From Guillardia theta CCMP2712 (taxonomy: Eukaryota > Protista > Cryptophyta), in assembly GCF_000315625.1 (NCBI RefSeq), contig NW_005434654.1, positions 618,632-682,592 on the forward strand: DNA of 63,961 bases. Reading direction: 5' to 3'. Below, in pieces: positions 61,425-63,961 of the stretch. The first letter of the stretch is position 1, and every line of letters begins with the position of its first letter. The notes beneath the pieces are model-generated. The model had not been told where the DNA came from. It saw only the letters and a program-made list of their open reading frames with translations, and searched no databases. The position numbers and the translations under genes were made by a program.

Positions 61425-63618
61425 ATGTCCAAGAAGAAGCAAGACAACCCCAAGGACAAGCAGACGCTTCTCCCTCCTCCTGCGGTAGCCGCCACGGAGC
61501 CTGTCAAGAGAGACCATGCCGCACTCGCTGCCACTCGCCTCCTCATGCGACTCTCTCAAGCTGACGACGTTGACTTGACCCTGGTCGACAGCCAGGGACT
61601 CAAAGTGTCGGCACATCGATGCGTTTTCAATGGTTTGAAACTTCTCCTCCTCGCTTCCCTTCCATTCCTCGTCCATTCCTCGTTCTCGTCTCAATTCACC
61701 CCGAAGTGATTCTCCTCCTTACCTGACACTTTCTTCAGCTCTTTGCCCTGGATTTCCACGCCTGCTCGCTGCCGGAGCTCCTTCGCAGGAGATTCTGCTC
61801 GCTCCTCTTCATCCCTCGCTCTCTCTCGCACGCGCGCAAGATGTCGCCGTGCTCGTTGAGTTTGTCTACACGGGGAGGGTGAGGGAGGTGGAGGAGGAGC
61901 GAGTTGCGCACCTTCTCTTCCTTGCCAGCCTGTTGGAAACAGTCGGGGGACTGGTGCCTTGCTTGAGAGCCAGGGTTTCGTCCTCCGTCGCTCCTCTCCT
62001 CTTCCGTCTCTGCGTCGATCCCTCTTGGAACGGGTCTGATGACCCGCAGCCGTCTCGTCCTGCCCTACGAGACTGTCTAGCGCTTGCGAGCAACGTGATG
62101 CTGCAGGAGTTTGAGAAGATGGCGGAGGAGGAGAAGAGCCTGAAGGAGCTCGACGAGAAGCTCCTCACGTGGCTCCTCCACCAGGACACGCTCAAAGTCA
62201 ACAAGGAGGACACAGCCTTGCTTGCGGTCTTGCGATGGGCAGAAGTCTCTCCGCAGGAGCGCGCAGGGGCCTTGACGCTGAGGAGAGCCCTGCTCCCCAT
62301 CCGCTTCCCGCAGGTCTCGGAGGAATCGATCGGCCGCGCGTTCTGGAAGCTCTCGACGCTGGTGGGGGCTCGAAACATTGACAGTGAGCTCGAGGCGGTG
62401 ATGGCGGCGGCGCATCAGAAAAGGAGAGGAGGAGAAGCCCCATCGCTGTCGAGCAAGGAGAACGTCTCGCAGGGGAAGGGGCAGGCAGGTGGCAAGGGAG
62501 GGAAGGGGAAGGAGCAGGTGAAGAAAGAGAACGTCAAGCTGCACGTGAAGCGGAAGGGAGGAAGTAGTGAAAATCTCGTGGTGCTCGTGGGAGGCTGCCG
62601 TGAGCCCAAGTTCAACTCTGCGATCCCTCCAGTCTCTGACCTCTTCCTCCTCCTCCGCCTTGCTGTCACAGAGTCCTCCCTTGCCTCCCCCTCCGCTCTG
62701 GCTTCCCCCTCTCTGTGGTTCTCTGGCCCTCCTCTCTTAGTGAGCCGCAAGTTCACAGGATGTGCAGCAGCTGGAGGGCGAGTTTGGGTGGCAGGAGGGC
62801 AGACGAGCGTCGTCGAGGGAGGGAGGAGGAGGATTGAGCGACTGCGGTCGGTGGAAAGTTTCGCATGCGGGGAGGAGGATGGGACGTCGCCGCTGGTGTC
62901 TCGATGGAGGAGCGAGCCAGACATGCTGCAGGCTCGCTCGGGCCTCGCGCTCGCTGCCCTCAACGGGTTTGTATACGCCATCGGAGGGAATGACGGCACC
63001 GAGAGGTTGAGCAGCGGCGAGCGACTGGACGGAAGAGGAGGAGGAGGAGGAGGAGGAGGAGGAGGAGGAGGAGGAGGAGGAGGTCGGTGGATGGCGATCA
63101 AAAGCATGCATGAGGCGAGGAGCAACTTTGCGCTGGTGGCGGTTAAGGAGAAACTCTTCGCCATCGGAGGGTTTGACGGCAAGAAGCGGCTGAGCAGCGT
63201 CGAGGTCTACGACGTGAAGCTCAACGCCTGGCGACAGTGCGCGAGCATGACGTGGCCCAGGGAGGGGCTGGCGGCTGTCGGGGTTGTGAGAGGAGGAGAG
63301 GAGGGCGGGGGGGCGGAGATCCTGGCGATCGGAGGGTTTGACGGGAGCCGGGTGTTGAGGAGCGTGGAGAGATATGTGGTGGAGGAGGACCGATGGGAGA
63401 AGGCGGTGGATCTCAAGATGCCGCGGGCGTTCCTGGGAGCCTTCGGGAGGGGAGGACGAGTCTTCGCGTGTGGAGGTCAAGACGACCAAGGAAACTTTCA
63501 CGACACAGTTGAAATGCTGACCCGCGATGAAAACTCCTCCTCCTCCTCCTCCTGGTCTCTCGTCCCTTCTCTGCTCCTCCCCGAGCCCTGCTGCAGCTTC
63601 GCAACCGGCTGCATCTGA
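61425..63618 (+). CDS. BTB-BACK-Kelch (KLHL-like) protein
   Basis: BTB DVDLTL..VSAHR and LVEFVYTG. BACK LLHQDTLKVNKEDTALLAVLRW..IRFP. Kelch repeats VYAIGGNDG, LFAIGGFDGKKRLSSVEVYD and LAIGGFDGSRVLRSVERY. Confidence 0.9.
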
Positions 63619-63729
63619 ACAGCCGCGAGGAGCAGAAGGAAGTTAACAAGCAAACGAGAGCGGAGGGAGGGAGAAGAAGAGGAAGAGAGATTGCTTGAGA
63701 TGAGATGAGTTCTATGTGAAGTAACAACT

Positions 63730-63961
63730 TTACTGATCGATTTCCTTCTATGAGGCATGTCAGAAAACGAACGAGAAAGTACCAGTGAGAGAAAATGAGA
63801 GACTGAGGTTAGGAGGAGGAGGGGGGAAGGGGACCTGGAGGGTCTTGGACAAATCTTTGAAGGAATCTGTCTCTGTCACGGTGTTTCTCAGACGCTCCAA
63901 ACTCTTGGTCATGCTCTCCGATGGCTGGAAACATTCTTAGCTCTCCTCCTCCTCCTCCTCC
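63730..63961 (-). CDS. 3' end of a gene extending beyond the window
   Basis: Exon ..SMTKSLERLRNTVTETDSFKDLSKTLQ|GT and a final micro-exon TAG|KEIDQ-TAA at 63732-63730. Confidence 0.4.

Noticed and set aside
60897-61694. 265-aa minus-strand ORF
   Set aside because: It runs through tandem repeats and antisense to the first BTB exon, with no independent support.

Overview
This is eukaryotic, gene-dense DNA with many short (about 45-90 bp) GT-AG introns. The style is consistent with a cryptophyte nuclear genome such as Guillardia theta (inference, not verified). About 19 host genes alternate strand almost perfectly: Sel1-repeat protein, giant Ig-like/FN3/LysM protein, UDP-sugar pyrophosphorylase, alpha-kinase, At3g27390-like protein, NHL-repeat protein, GT10 fucosyltransferase, RWP-RK factor, RRM protein, PZP/PHD chromatin reader, CEP120, BTB-Kelch and several hypotheticals. 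Main highlights: (1) Four minus-strand ORFs splice through three phase-0 introns into one protein of about 6,535 aa with a signal or anchor sequence, dozens of bacterial-type Ig-like modules, FN3-like domains and two terminal LysM domains, a candidate glycan- or bacteria-binding tether. (2) A complete 3,314-bp DNA transposon lies 135 bp upstream of that gene, with 15-bp TIRs, a perfect 9-bp TSD and an intron-containing P-element-like transposase carrying a GATA-spaced zinc finger and a CxxH motif. (3) The RRM gene has a probable poison cassette exon. (4) A dispersed non-coding motif and several short-motif clusters are confined to the long intergenic spacers. Gene models were spliced by eye, so boundaries of multi-exon genes are approximate unless stated.
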